This document shows, in pieces, positions 16,968 to 27,616 of a stretch of 64,000 nt of DNA (position 1 is the stretch's first letter; each line of letters begins with the position of its first letter). Source of the stretch: Clostridia bacterium (GTDB lineage: Bacteria > Bacillota > Clostridia > CAKSNL01 > HGM11501). The notes under the pieces are model-generated. The model searched no databases, had not been told where the DNA came from, and was given only the letters and a program-made list of their open reading frames with translations. Location of the stretch: positions 9,136 to 73,135 of the forward strand of contig JAZQAZ010000040.1 in NCBI GenBank assembly GCA_045545475.1, in the 5' to 3' direction. The position numbers and the translations under genes are program-made.

Positions 16968-18170
16968 TTAAAGGGAAAGCAGTTTTGCCATTATTTCAAA
17001 ACCGTTTTCTATAAATTCTCCATACTTTTCCGCCTCATCCTCAGAAAAAGCAGATGCTCCATTGCCATAATCCCGTCCAGACTCAAATATCACCGCCGGC
17101 ACCGGATCCGAAATGTGAGTCTTAATAGACACCGGTGTGGGATGGTCAGGCATAACAAGAAATCTGTAATCTTCTCCGGCTTCTTCCATGGCTTTCCTTA
17201 TTGGGGCAATAATCTTTTCATCAATAAGACTTACCGCACGTACCTTTCCTGAAAGGTCACCCTGATGTCCGCACTCATCCGGACCCTCTAAATGTATATA
17301 GATAAGGTCATTTCCGTCTTTTAATGCTTTAACGGCCGCTTCAGCTTTACCGTCATAATTTGTATGAACCGTTCCTGTTATTCCATCAACCGGATAAACC
17401 GTCATATCGGCACATGCCGCAATACCTTTTATCAAGTCAACCGCAGAAATAACCGCACCTTTTTTTCCGTAAATATCATAAAACTTTGAAAGTGCGGGAC
17501 GTGTTCCCTCTCCCCAGATCCAAAGTGAAGTAGCAGGATTTTTTCCTTCCGCAATGCGTTTTTGGTTTACCGGGTGATTCAAAAGAAGTTTCTCGCTCTT
17601 TTTCATTATCTCCAAAATCACTTCATTATCAGGAAGATACTCTCCCACCACCTTATCCGATATGTCATGAGGGGGAGTAAGTGTAAACTTACGCAAATCT
17701 GTCTCCCAACGCATAATATGGCGATAGCTTGTACCTGCAAAAAATCTTATCTTATCTGTCTTTAAATTTTCGTCAATATAGGAAATAAGCTCAGCAGCTT
17801 CGCTTGATGAAATTTCACCTGCACTGTAATCAAGCATTGTTTTGTCTTCATAATTTTCCTCAGATGAAAGCGTAACCAGATTAGCTCTGAAGCACATATC
17901 AGCATCTGTCAGCTTCACACCAACACTGGCTGCTTCCAAAGGAGAACGTCCGGTATAGCATTCCTTCGGTGAAAATCCCATTACAGAAAGATTTGCCACA
18001 TCGCTTCCGGGCTTAAATCCGTCAGGCACTGTCTTAACCTTAAAAAGCCTTCCGCATCTTGCAAACTCATCCATATTCGGAATATCTGCCGCCTCGTAAA
18101 CAGTTTTTCCCGAAAGGCTGTCAATTTTATAATCTGCTGCACCGTCAGTCAATACTACTATGTATTTCAT
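16968..18170 (-). CDS. Cofactor-independent phosphoglycerate mutase (ApgM type)
   Basis: DGAAD, PGSDVANLS, GRSPLEAA, PDECGH, PDHPTP. Confidence 0.88.
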   Translation of the reverse strand: MKYIVVLTDGAADYKIDSLSGKTVYEAADIPNMDEFARCGRLFKVKTVPDGFKPGSDVANLSVMGFSPKECYTGRSPLEAASVGVKLTDADMCFRANLVTLSSEENYEDKTMLDYSAGEISSSEAAELISYIDENLKTDKIRFFAGTSYRHIMRWETDLRKFTLTPPHDISDKVVGEYLPDNEVILEIMKKSEKLLLNHPVNQKRIAEGKNPATSLWIWGEGTRPALSKFYDIYGKKGAVISAVDLIKGIAACADMTVYPVDGITGTVHTNYDGKAEAAVKALKDGNDLIYIHLEGPDECGHQGDLSGKVRAVSLIDEKIIAPIRKAMEEAGEDYRFLVMPDHPTPVSIKTHISDPVPAVIFESGRDYGNGASAFSEDEAEKYGEFIENGFEIMAKLLSL

Positions 18171-18372
18171 CAATCTCATTCCTTATCTAATATCGTCTTA
18201 ATACCGGTCGGATATACCGATTCATACTAATTATACACCAAAACAGTTAAAAGTACAATAACAAACTTATTAATATATTGTAAAATTTTTCTTCTTTTAT
18301 ATTGTAAATTACGTTATTTTGTGCTATACTATTATATTATAATGTAATTTAATGAAAGGAACTCTATCAAAA

Positions 18373-21096
18373 ATGGGATTATTCACTAAAATCTTCGGTA
18401 CTCACAGTGACCGTGAAATAAAAAAGATAATGCCTGTTGTTGAAAAAATTTTGGCTTTGGAACCCTCCATGCAGGCACTTTCCGACAGCGAGCTTTCTGC
18501 CCAGACAGAAAAATTCAAAGAACGCTATAAAAACGGAGAAAGCTTGGATTCCCTTCTTCCCGAAGCCTTTGCCACGGTAAGGGAAGCTTCTTTCAGAGTT
18601 TTGGCAAAGAAACCCTTCCCAGTTCAGCTTATGGGCGGTATAATTCTCCACGAAGGAAGAATTGCCGAAATGAAAACAGGTGAAGGAAAAACCCTTACCG
18701 CAACGCTTCCGGCATACCTTAATGCAATTGCAGGAGAAGGCGTCCACGTCGTTACCGTAAACGAATACCTTGCCTCCACCCAGGCAGAAGAAATGGGAAA
18801 ACTTTTTAACTTCCTTGGTCTATCCGTGGGCACCACTTTAAGCGGAAGAAGTCCCGAGGAGAAAAGAGCTGCATACAATGCCGATATCACCTACGGAACA
18901 AATAACGAATTCGGCTTTGACTACCTGCGTGACAATATGGTTATCTATAAAGAAAACATGGTTCAGCGTCCGCATGCCTTTGCAATTGTTGACGAAGTAG
19001 ACTCCATATTAATCGACGAGGCAAGAACCCCTCTTATTATAAGCGGTCGTGGCGAGGAATCATCCGTTCTGTACACCCATGCAGACCGATTTGCCAAAAC
19101 GCTCAAAGCTTTCTATATCAAGGAAACCAACGACAAGGAAAGTAACGATAACATTGATGCTGACTATATCGTTGAAGAACGCACCAAATCTGTAACGCTT
19201 ACCGCAAACGGTATTAAAAAGGCAGAAATAGCATTTAATATTGAAAACCTGTCTGATCCGGAAAATATGACCTTAAGCCACCATATCAATCAGGCTGTAA
19301 GGGCAAATTCTATTATGAAACGTGACGTTGACTATGTGGTGAAGGACGGAGAAATCATCATTGTTGACGAATTTACAGGCCGACTTATGTACGGAAGACG
19401 ATATAACGAAGGCTTGCATCAGGCAATAGAGGCAAAGGAAGGCGTAAAAGTAGCAAACGAATCAAGAACGCTTGCAACCATCACTTTCCAGAATTATTTC
19501 AGACTTTATAAAAAGCTTTCGGGTATGACCGGTACCGCCATTACAGAGGAAGAAGAATTCAGGGAAATATACCGACTTGACGTTGTATCAATCCCCACAA
19601 ACCGACCCATGATAAGAGTTGACCATGATGACAGAGTTTATAAAAACGAACGTGGCAAATTTATGGCAATTGCCGCACAGGTGGAAGAGTGCCACAAAAA
19701 AGGTCAGCCGATTCTGGTAGGTACCATTTCCATTGAAAAATCAGAAGCACTTTCTGCTCTCTTAAAGAAAAAAGGTATCCCCCATCAGGTTCTTAATGCA
19801 AAACACCACGAAAAGGAAGCTCATATCGTCGCTCAGGCCGGAAGAAAAGGTGCAGTTACCATATCCACCAATATGGCCGGCCGTGGAACAGATATTCTTC
19901 TTGGCGGTAATCCGGAAATCATGGCTCTTGATCAGATGAGAAAAGAAGGCTATGAGGAATCCGTTGTTGCCGAAGCCAATATCCACACCCCCACCGTCGA
20001 TCCTGAAATTCTTTCCGCCAGAGAGCACTTCAATGAGCTCTATAAGGAATTCAAGGTCGAAACAGACAAGGAGCACGAAGAGGTTGTATCTTCAGGCGGT
20101 CTTTTCATCCTTGGTACCGAGCGTCATGAATCAAGACGAATTGACAATCAGCTCCGTGGACGAAGCGGAAGACAGGGTGATCCCGGCGAATCAAGATTTT
20201 TAATCGCACTTGACGATGATCTGATGCGACGTTTCGGCTCCGACAGGATAGAGACCATCATGAGCATGACAGGTTTTTCCGATGATGAGCCTATTGAAGC
20301 AAAAATGCTTTCCGGCGTAATAGAAAACGCTCAGAAGAGAGTTGAAAGCAACCACTTCGCTGTCAGACGTAATGTTCTAAGATACGACGATGTCATAAAC
20401 CAGCAAAGAAGTGTAATGTATGCACAGCGTGCAATGGTTCTTGATAACAAGGATTTGAAGCAGAACATCATATCCATGGCGGAAAAGGTGTTCTCCGAAA
20501 TCTTAAGCGTATATGCTTCAGACAACTATGCCGATAACTGGGAATGGGAAGGTTTAAATGCCGCTGTTTCCAAAATACTCCCCCTTGAAGCTCCATTAAA
20601 CTATGACCGAGACACATATGACCGTCTCTCACGAGAATGGGTTCTTGAAGATTTAATGAAGCTTTTCAATGAAAACTATGAAAAGCAGGAGGAAATCTTC
20701 GGCGACGAAATGCGTGAGGTTGAGCGTGTAATCATGCTTCAGGTGGTTGACCGTCACTGGATGCAGCATATCGATGACCTTGCACAGCTTCGTGAAGGTA
20801 TTTCTCTACGTGCCTATGCACAGCACGATCCGGTGGTTGAATATCAATCTGTAAGTTCAGAAATGTTCGATGAAATGAATGCATCAATCAGAGAGGAAAC
20901 CGTAAGCGGAATTATGCATGTAAGAAAAAGAAGCGATGCAACCGAGCGTAAACAGGTTGCAAAAGCGGTCTCCACAGGCGAAAGCAAGGAAGTTGCAAGA
21001 AAACCCGTGGTAAACGAAGAAAAGAAAGTTGGCAGAAACGATCCCTGTCCCTGCGGCAGCGGCAAGAAATATAAACAATGTTGTATGGAAAAATAA
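18373..21096 (+). CDS. secA: Preprotein translocase ATPase SecA
   Basis: [35 protein letters not shown]-terminal [18 protein letters not shown]. Confidence 0.99.
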   Translation: MGLFTKIFGTHSDREIKKIMPVVEKILALEPSMQALSDSELSAQTEKFKERYKNGESLDSLLPEAFATVREASFRVLAKKPFPVQLMGGIILHEGRIAEMKTGEGKTLTATLPAYLNAIAGEGVHVVTVNEYLASTQAEEMGKLFNFLGLSVGTTLSGRSPEEKRAAYNADITYGTNNEFGFDYLRDNMVIYKENMVQRPHAFAIVDEVDSILIDEARTPLIISGRGEESSVLYTHADRFAKTLKAFYIKETNDKESNDNIDADYIVEERTKSVTLTANGIKKAEIAFNIENLSDPENMTLSHHINQAVRANSIMKRDVDYVVKDGEIIIVDEFTGRLMYGRRYNEGLHQAIEAKEGVKVANESRTLATITFQNYFRLYKKLSGMTGTAITEEEEFREIYRLDVVSIPTNRPMIRVDHDDRVYKNERGKFMAIAAQVEECHKKGQPILVGTISIEKSEALSALLKKKGIPHQVLNAKHHEKEAHIVAQAGRKGAVTISTNMAGRGTDILLGGNPEIMALDQMRKEGYEESVVAEANIHTPTVDPEILSAREHFNELYKEFKVETDKEHEEVVSSGGLFILGTERHESRRIDNQLRGRSGRQGDPGESRFLIALDDDLMRRFGSDRIETIMSMTGFSDDEPIEAKMLSGVIENAQKRVESNHFAVRRNVLRYDDVINQQRSVMYAQRAMVLDNKDLKQNIISMAEKVFSEILSVYASDNYADNWEWEGLNAAVSKILPLEAPLNYDRDTYDRLSREWVLEDLMKLFNENYEKQEEIFGDEMREVERVIMLQVVDRHWMQHIDDLAQLREGISLRAYAQHDPVVEYQSVSSEMFDEMNASIREETVSGIMHVRKRSDATERKQVAKAVSTGESKEVARKPVVNEEKKVGRNDPCPCGSGKKYKQCCMEK

Positions 21097-21119
21097 ATTC
21101 AATAAAGAATTTATTTTTC

Positions 21120-21222
21120 CAAAATTGTGCGAGCGTTGCCGACGTAGCCGAGTTTTACGGAGTATTTACTCGGCGTAAGTCGGCTGTAAAACGCGAACAG
21201 CCTTTTGTGCACTGCTCGGAAC
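21120..21222. repeat. Structured dispersed repeat, copy F (inverted orientation)
   Basis: Reverse complement reads gccgac-ttac-gccgagt-AAATACTCCGTAAA-actcggc-tac-gtcggc. Confidence 0.8.
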
Positions 21223-21275
21223 AAACTCTATATCAAAAAAATCCTTCAACAATCTCCAGAAAGGAATAAATAACC

Positions 21276-22388
21276 ATGCTTGAATTTGACGAATACAGAT
21301 TAAACCTTGCCAGAAAGGAAGAACCTTTGGCACAATTAAATCAGTCCATGAACATACCCGGACTCGAAACACAGATTGAGGAAAAGGAAAAGCTTACCTT
21401 AGACCCCAACTTTTATAATGACACCAAGGAATCCCAGAAGGTACTCAAGGAAATAAATCTCCTTAAGAGTAAGGTTGCAAAATATAAGAGCGTTTACTCT
21501 ACCTGGGAGGATTTAACCTCTCTTTGTGAGCTTGGCGACGAAATGGAGGACTTATCTGTCCTCGAGGAGCTTGCAGCAGGAATTGAGGCTTTTGAAAAAT
21601 CCCTTGAGGATCTGCGTCTTGAAACCCTTCTCTCCGGTCCCTATGACAGAAACAATGCACTTATGACAATCCATGCAGGTGCAGGCGGAACCGAAGCACA
21701 CGACTGGGCGGAAATGCTCCTTCGTATGTATGAACACTGGGCTGAACGCAAAGGTTTCACAGTTAAACTTCTTGACTGTCTCGACGGAGAAGAAGCCGGT
21801 GTAAAGAGTGCAACCCTTTCCATTGAAGGCGAAAACGCTTACGGCTATGCCAAGGCCGAAAACGGAGTTCACCGCTTGGTTCGTATCTCCCCCTTTGACT
21901 CTGCCAGCCGTCGTCATACCTCATTTGCTTCCTGCGAAGTAATCCCAGAAATAGATGAGGACTTGAACGTAGAAATCAATCCTGATGACTTAAGAGTTGA
22001 CACCTATCGATCCAGCGGTGCAGGCGGTCAGCACGTTAATAAAACCGAATCTGCAATAAGAATAACCCATATTCCCACGGGTATCGTTGTCTCTTGTCAG
22101 AACGAGCGAAGCCAGATTCAGAACAGAGAAACAGCAATGAAAATGCTCAAATCCAAGCTTGTTGAAATTGCAGAGCGTGAGCATTATGAGAAAATTTCAG
22201 ACATTAAGGGTGTGCAGAAGGATAATGCCTGGGGTAGCCAGATTCGTTCCTACGTTTTCTGTCCCTACACTATGGTAAAGGACCACAGAACCAACTTCGA
22301 AGTTGGTAATATTGATGCCGTAATGGACGGAGAAATTGACGGATTCATCAACGAATACTTAAAGGCTGCAAACCTCGGCACACTGTAA
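21276..22388 (+). CDS. prfB: Peptide chain release factor 2 (continuous ORF, no frameshift)
   Basis: SPF motif (RISPFDS), GGQ motif, RRHTSFAS. Confidence 0.97.
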   Translation: MLEFDEYRLNLARKEEPLAQLNQSMNIPGLETQIEEKEKLTLDPNFYNDTKESQKVLKEINLLKSKVAKYKSVYSTWEDLTSLCELGDEMEDLSVLEELAAGIEAFEKSLEDLRLETLLSGPYDRNNALMTIHAGAGGTEAHDWAEMLLRMYEHWAERKGFTVKLLDCLDGEEAGVKSATLSIEGENAYGYAKAENGVHRLVRISPFDSASRRHTSFASCEVIPEIDEDLNVEINPDDLRVDTYRSSGAGGQHVNKTESAIRITHIPTGIVVSCQNERSQIQNRETAMKMLKSKLVEIAEREHYEKISDIKGVQKDNAWGSQIRSYVFCPYTMVKDHRTNFEVGNIDAVMDGEIDGFINEYLKAANLGTL

Positions 22389-22407
22389 AAGAAAGGAGGC
22401 TCTCCGT

Positions 22408-22902
22408 ATGGAAAAATGGGATATACTGAATTCTGCCGGAGAACCTACCGGAGAAACAGTAGTAAGATCGGCCAACGCATTAAAGGAAGGCCAGTATCAC
22501 CTGGTGGTGCATATCTGGGTTATAAACGATAAGAAGAAAACACTCATTCAAAAGCGAAGTGATACGGTGAATATTCTCCCGGGCATTTGGGCAACCACAA
22601 GCGGATCTGCTTTAAGCGGAGAAACGGAATTGGATGCCGCTAAGAGAGAGCTTTCCGAAGAGCTTGGGATTAAATCCGGCGACGAGGAGCTGATACTTAT
22701 AAAGAAGTATCGAGGCAGAAACAACTTCGTTTACGTTTATGCCGTACATAAAAATGTAGGAATCTCTGAAATCACAATGCAGGCGGAAGAGGTTCAGGCA
22801 GTAAAGTGGGTCACTTCTGATGAACTTTCGGATATGGTACATAAAAAGCAGTTTCATCACTATAACTATATGGCTGAGCTTTATGAATATATGAATAAAT
22901 AA
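22408..22902 (+). CDS. NUDIX hydrolase
   Basis: Nudix box GSALSGETELDAAKRELSEELG. Confidence 0.9.
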   Translation: MEKWDILNSAGEPTGETVVRSANALKEGQYHLVVHIWVINDKKKTLIQKRSDTVNILPGIWATTSGSALSGETELDAAKRELSEELGIKSGDEELILIKKYRGRNNFVYVYAVHKNVGISEITMQAEEVQAVKWVTSDELSDMVHKKQFHHYNYMAELYEYMNK

Positions 22903-22929
22903 ACGGTTGGGTGTTCCCCAACCGTTTTT
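22901..22929 (+). terminator. Intrinsic terminator after secA-prfB-nudix
   Basis: AAACGGTTGGG-tgttc-CCCAACCGTTTTT. Confidence 0.8.
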
Positions 22930-22932
22930 CTG

Positions 22933-23043
22933 TTGACCGTTCTCTTTTTTCGTGCTATACTGTTTTCAGAGGTTGACTCATTTTTATATCTGAAGCAGCA
23001 TTTTTGCTGTGAGGTAGGTAGGAGTCAGCCTCTTTTCTCATTT
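22933..23043 (+). ncRNA. Promoter + hairpin small RNA cassette 1 (putative)
   Basis: TTGACC-17-TATACT with TG; RNA AGAGGTTGACTC...GAGTCAGCCTCT followed by T-tract. Confidence 0.6.
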
Positions 23044-23045
23044 AT

Positions 23046-23073
23046 GACACCTTGACTTTTAATCAAGTGCTCT
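23046..23073. other. 28-bp copy of tRNA-Lys anticodon arm with inverted 7-nt loop
   Basis: GACACCTTGA-CTTTTAA-TCAAGTGCTCT versus 14082..14109 GACACCTTGA-TTAAAAG-TCAAGTGCTCT. Confidence 0.8.
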
Positions 23074-23076
23074 TTC

Positions 23077-23198
23077 TTGACAAATTTAAATAAATCTGCT
23101 ACAGTATATGTAGTAGTTGAAATGTTTTTTGTGGAGCCGCCGCTACGAGTTTTCTCGAAAGTGCGTCCTCCAACATTATCAGCTACTTTTTTCATTTC
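23077..23198 (+). ncRNA. Promoter + hairpin small RNA cassette 2 (putative)
   Basis: TTGACA-17-TACAGT with TG; RNA AGTAGTTGA...TCAGCTACT followed by T-tract. Confidence 0.6.
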
Positions 23199-23202
23199 CG
23201 CC

Positions 23203-23237
23203 AAATAAAAAATCCCCTTATCGGGGATTTTTTATTT
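23203..23237. terminator. Bidirectional terminator
   Basis: AAATAAAAAATCCCC-ttatc-GGGGATTTTTTATTT. Confidence 0.8.
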
Positions 23238-25221
23238 AATCAAGTTCTTTTTTTCCTGTATAAAGTTCGTAATAGCGTCCCTTTAATTTGAGAAGCTCGT
23301 CGTGAGTTCCCTCTTCCATAATTTCGCCCTTTTCAAGAACAATAATTTTATCCGCATTTCTTACGGTGGAAAGACGGTGAGCAATTACAAAGGTGGTACG
23401 CTCCTTCATAAGGCGATCCATACCGTGCTCGATGTGCATTTCCGTACGGGTGTCGACGGAGCTTGTCGCCTCGTCAAGCACTAAAATCGGAGCCTTACTT
23501 ATTGCCGCACGGGCAATGTTAAGTAGCTGCCTCTGACCCTGGGAAAGGTTTTGACCATCTCCCATAATTTCCGTTTCGTAACCCTTTGAAAGCCTCATAA
23601 TAAAGCTGTGGGCACTGGCGGTTTTTGCCGCTGCAATAACATCTTCATCCGTGGCATCAAGTCTGCCATATCGGATATTTTCCATAATTGTACCGGAGAA
23701 AAGATGGGTATCCTGAAGCACCATGGCAATGTTTTCACGAAGGGATTCCCTCGTATATCCCTTAATCGGTACACCGTCAATGGTTATCTCTCCGCTTCCC
23801 ACATCGTAAAATCTGTTGATAAGATTTGTGATGGTTGTCTTTCCCGCACCGGTTGACCCTACAAAGGCAACCTTTTCACCGGGACGTGCCACAACGGAAA
23901 GATTTTTAAGGATAAGCCTTTCTTCCGTGTAGCCGAAGTTTACGTTTTTAAGGATAACCTCGCCCTTTATTTCGCCCATTTCTACTGCATCAGTACTGTC
24001 TGCTATCTCCGGAGAGGTATCCATAACCTTAAACACACGCTCCGCACCGGCAAGAGCGGAGAACACATTACTCATTTGCATGGAGATCATATTAATAGGC
24101 TGGGCAAACTGCCTGGAATAGTTGGCAAATACCGTAAGTGCACCGGGGGTGAATCCGCTTGTTATCATCATAATACCGCCGATTCCCACAGTAATGGCAT
24201 AGGTAATCTGGCTTGTATTTCCCATAACGGGCCCCATAATACCGCCGTAAAACTGAGCTTTAAACTGAGTGTCACGAAGATCATTGTTGAGAAGCAAAAA
24301 CTCATCCTCGCATACGCTTTCGTGGTTAAACACCTTAACAACCTTCTGACCTGTTACGCTTTCCTCAATATAACCGTTAACCGCACCCAATGATGCCTGC
24401 TGACCTTTGTAGAAGCGACGGCCTCTTTTAGATATTGCCGCTCCGCCGAAAACAAAGATTGGCACAAATAAAACGGTAACCATTGTAAGTACCCAGTTGG
24501 TTGTTATCATGAATACAAATGTACCAACAAGGGAGATAGAGCCTGAAATAAGCGATACAAGAGAGTTGTCAAGCATCATACCGATGTTGTCAACGTCGTT
24601 GGTAAAACGGCTCATAACGTCGCCTGTACTCTCGTTGTCAAAATACTTTAACGGGAGGGACTGAAGCTTTGCAAAAAGCTCGTTTCTTATCCTCTCCAAA
24701 GAGCCTTGGGTGATGGAAAGCATAAGTCTCGACTGAAAATATCCGGATAAAGCACCCACAAGATAAATTGTAAGAAGAATAACAATTCCCGCTATCATGT
24801 AGGTTAATACCTCGTAAAGCCTGCCTTCGGCAAAGATTCCCGAAAGAAACTCCGTTTTGGTAAGCGAGGTAATAATTTTGTCTGCAAACTCCTCAAGAGC
24901 ACTTACTTCAACCTCTGCATCAGGCGATGCCGTAAGGGCAATTTTGTCTATTATGGGAGCCAGCATGAATGAACCGAAAAGTGCTGTCAACGTATGAGTA
25001 ACCATAAGAAGCATAACAAGTGCAAGCTTGAACTTATAGCTTGCCATATACTTCCAGAGTCTCTTAACTGTTTTACTTGTATCCTTAGGCTTTCCTCCGA
25101 GACCTCTCGCCATAGGTCCACCTCTGCCCGGGCCACCCGGTCCTCTTCCCTGAGCACCCGTAGCCATATTATTATGGCCGGTGTTATACTGCTTTTTAAG
25201 TTCGTCAATATTTCTTGCCAT
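23236..25221 (-). CDS. ABC exporter ATP-binding/permease subunit
   Basis: TMD + GSTGAGKT, LSQGQRQ, LDEAT, AHRL. Confidence 0.95.
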   Translation of the reverse strand: MARNIDELKKQYNTGHNNMATGAQGRGPGGPGRGGPMARGLGGKPKDTSKTVKRLWKYMASYKFKLALVMLLMVTHTLTALFGSFMLAPIIDKIALTASPDAEVEVSALEEFADKIITSLTKTEFLSGIFAEGRLYEVLTYMIAGIVILLTIYLVGALSGYFQSRLMLSITQGSLERIRNELFAKLQSLPLKYFDNESTGDVMSRFTNDVDNIGMMLDNSLVSLISGSISLVGTFVFMITTNWVLTMVTVLFVPIFVFGGAAISKRGRRFYKGQQASLGAVNGYIEESVTGQKVVKVFNHESVCEDEFLLLNNDLRDTQFKAQFYGGIMGPVMGNTSQITYAITVGIGGIMMITSGFTPGALTVFANYSRQFAQPINMISMQMSNVFSALAGAERVFKVMDTSPEIADSTDAVEMGEIKGEVILKNVNFGYTEERLILKNLSVVARPGEKVAFVGSTGAGKTTITNLINRFYDVGSGEITIDGVPIKGYTRESLRENIAMVLQDTHLFSGTIMENIRYGRLDATDEDVIAAAKTASAHSFIMRLSKGYETEIMGDGQNLSQGQRQLLNIARAAISKAPILVLDEATSSVDTRTEMHIEHGMDRLMKERTTFVIAHRLSTVRNADKIIVLEKGEIMEEGTHDELLKLKGRYYELYTGKKELD

Positions 25222-25224
25222 GAC

Positions 25225-26958
25225 TCACACCTCCTTCCCCGACATCTGCGAGGTATAAATTTCCTTATATTCCTCGTTGGATGAAAGAAGCTCGTCATGA
25301 GTTCCGACACCGGTAATCACGCCGTCGTCCATAACAATTATTTTATCAGCTTCCATAACAGAAGAAATTCTCTGTGCAATAATAATTTTGGTAGAATCCG
25401 GAATTTCTGCCTTAAGTGCCGCCCTTATCTTTGCCTCAGTCGCCGTATCAACAGCACTGGTGGAATCATCGAGTATCAAAATTTTCGGCTTTTTTATTAA
25501 AGCTCTTGCAATGCAAAGTCTCTGTTTCTGACCTCCGGATACGTTCACACCGCCCTGCTCAAGCTCCTTTTCATAGCCTTCAGAGGAAGCTTCGATAAAT
25601 CCTCTGGCCTGAGCACTTTCACTTGCCTTTACAATATCTTCATCGGTGGCGTTTTCATCGCCCCATAATAAATTATCACGAATAGTACCCGAGAATAAAA
25701 TGTTTTTCTGAAGCACCATACCAACGCCGTCTCGTAAGTTTTTAAGACTGTATTCCGATACCGGCACACCGTCAACCAAAACTTCTCCCTCATCGGGATC
25801 GTACAGTCTCGGAATCATGGAAACCAACGTGGTTTTACCGCAGCCGGTGGAACCGATTATACCCACCGTCTCCCCTGCTTCTATTTTCACATTGATGTTT
25901 TTAAGCACTTCGTCGGGACTGTCCTTGTAATAGCGGAAGGACATATCACGAAATTCCACTTCTCCACGTGTAACTTTAAGTTCGGGATATTTTGCATCAT
26001 CGTCAGTAATATCCGACTTTTCATCCAGAACCTCTTTTATTCTTCTTGCGGAAGCAAGAGCACGGGATGAATGCATAAGCATCATTGTTACCATCATTAA
26101 TGATGATAAAATCTGAGTAACGTATGTAATAAAGGAAGAAAGGTCGCCTATAGGCATGGGAAAATCCACATCAAGCACCATTTTTCCGCCAAACCACAAA
26201 ACTGCAATGGTAGTAAAGTTCATAAATATGGTCATTACGGGGCCCATAAAAATCATAACTTTAACTGCAGACATATTCGCTTCCTTAAGATCGGCATTGG
26301 CGTTTCCAAACTTTTCGATTTCATGCTGTTCACGGACAAAGGATTTTACAACACGGACATTTGTGATATTCTCCTGCACCGTTGAGTTAAGCTTATCTAC
26401 CTTGACCTGCATTTTTCCGAATCTGGGAAAACCTGTTCTTATGATGAATATAACAGAAACAAGCATAAGAGGAATTGTAACAGCTAAAACCACCGCAAGA
26501 GATGGCTTTAACCTTATTGCCATAATAAGTGCACCGATAAGCATACCGGGCGAACGAAGGAACATACGAAGCAGCATATTCACAAAGTTCTGCACCTGGG
26601 TTACGTCGTTGGTAAGACGGGTAACAAGGGAGCCGGTTGAAAATTTGTCAATATTGGCAAAGGAAAAGCCCTGTACCCTTTTATAAATATCCTGTCTCAA
26701 ATCTGCCGCAAAATTAACCGACGCCTTTGCTCCGAAATATGCACCGCCGACACCGCCTGCCATCATAATGAGGGCAAGACCAATCATACAAAGTGACATT
26801 TCAATGGAAAAGCCTATACCCTTTGCAACGCTTTCATTGATAATTCCGGCAAGAAAGCGAGGCATAAAAACTTCGCCGATAACCTCGATAATCATACAAA
26901 GAGGTCCCAAGATGAAATACAATAGATACGGTTTTATGTATTTAGTCCACCGTTTCAT
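25225..26958 (-). CDS. ABC exporter ATP-binding/permease subunit (degenerate-site partner)
   Basis: GSTGCGKT, VSGGQKQ, ILDDST, IAQR. Confidence 0.95.
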   Translation of the reverse strand: MKRWTKYIKPYLLYFILGPLCMIIEVIGEVFMPRFLAGIINESVAKGIGFSIEMSLCMIGLALIMMAGGVGGAYFGAKASVNFAADLRQDIYKRVQGFSFANIDKFSTGSLVTRLTNDVTQVQNFVNMLLRMFLRSPGMLIGALIMAIRLKPSLAVVLAVTIPLMLVSVIFIIRTGFPRFGKMQVKVDKLNSTVQENITNVRVVKSFVREQHEIEKFGNANADLKEANMSAVKVMIFMGPVMTIFMNFTTIAVLWFGGKMVLDVDFPMPIGDLSSFITYVTQILSSLMMVTMMLMHSSRALASARRIKEVLDEKSDITDDDAKYPELKVTRGEVEFRDMSFRYYKDSPDEVLKNINVKIEAGETVGIIGSTGCGKTTLVSMIPRLYDPDEGEVLVDGVPVSEYSLKNLRDGVGMVLQKNILFSGTIRDNLLWGDENATDEDIVKASESAQARGFIEASSEGYEKELEQGGVNVSGGQKQRLCIARALIKKPKILILDDSTSAVDTATEAKIRAALKAEIPDSTKIIIAQRISSVMEADKIIVMDDGVITGVGTHDELLSSNEEYKEIYTSQMSGKEV

Positions 26959-27416
26959 TTAATCTGTCCTTTCTCTTTTAGATTTTCTTTCATTTTTTTA
27001 AGTGTTTCGATAAATGCAACAAGCTCATCCTCCGTTACTCCCGTAACCATATCCTTGTCGATGGAGTCGAAAATTTCCCGTGAACGCATAACGACGTTTC
27101 TGCCCTTTTCTGTGATTGTAACATCGTTGTATCTTGCATCCTTGTCGGAGGTTTTTCTCTGGATATACCCTCCCTCTATAAGTTTCTTAACAGAAACTGC
27201 TGCAGCCGCAGGCGTTATGGAAAGAGACTCTGCCAATTCTTTCTGCGAAACCGCCTTTCCGAAACGGTAAAGATGCATAAGCATAACGTGCTGACTTCTG
27301 TGAAGCTTAATTTCTTCAAGCCTCTTTTCAACAACCTTTTTGTGCAAACGGTCCGTGCACATAAAAAGCCCCACCGCCTCGTGATAGAGACTTTTTTCCT
27401 TTGTATTTTTCTCCAT
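26955..27416 (-). CDS. MarR-family regulator
   Basis: SQKELAESLSITPAA...GYIQRKTSDKDARYNDVTITEKG; first gene of ABC operon. Confidence 0.9.
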   Translation of the reverse strand: MEKNTKEKSLYHEAVGLFMCTDRLHKKVVEKRLEEIKLHRSQHVMLMHLYRFGKAVSQKELAESLSITPAAAAVSVKKLIEGGYIQRKTSDKDARYNDVTITEKGRNVVMRSREIFDSIDKDMVTGVTEDELVAFIETLKKMKENLKEKGQIK

Positions 27417-27487
27417 AGGTCACCTCCTGAAATAAATAGAAGACAGTTAAAGCGTTAATAATTAACACCTTAACCGTTAACTATTTA

Positions 27488-27516
27488 ATTATATTATAAT
27501 GCGGTGCTTTTGTCAA
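27488..27516 (-). promoter_or_regulatory. Promoter of marR-ABC operon, followed by TTAA-rich putative operators
   Basis: TTGACA-17-TATAAT; several TTAAC/GTTAA half-sites at 27445..27482. Confidence 0.65.
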
Positions 27517-27550
27517 TAGAAAAAGGAGCTTTTTCACCCCTCCCTCACAT

Positions 27551-27613
27551 ATGTCATTCTTCCATCGGAGATTTTCCAGTCAGAGACGAAAATCTCCGAT
27601 GGAAGAATCTCAC
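27551..27613. repeat. Long palindrome of the TGTCATTCT...GAAGAATCT REP-like type
   Basis: ATTCTTCCATCGGAGATTTTC...GAAAATCTCCGATGGAAGAAT; related ends at 3551 and 37021. Confidence 0.6.
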
Positions 27614-27616
27614 TTC

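Noticed and set aside
22968-23032. Hammerhead ribozyme in sRNA cassettes (CTGAAG motif)
   Set aside because: Core CUGANGA...GAAA and three-stem junction are not satisfied.
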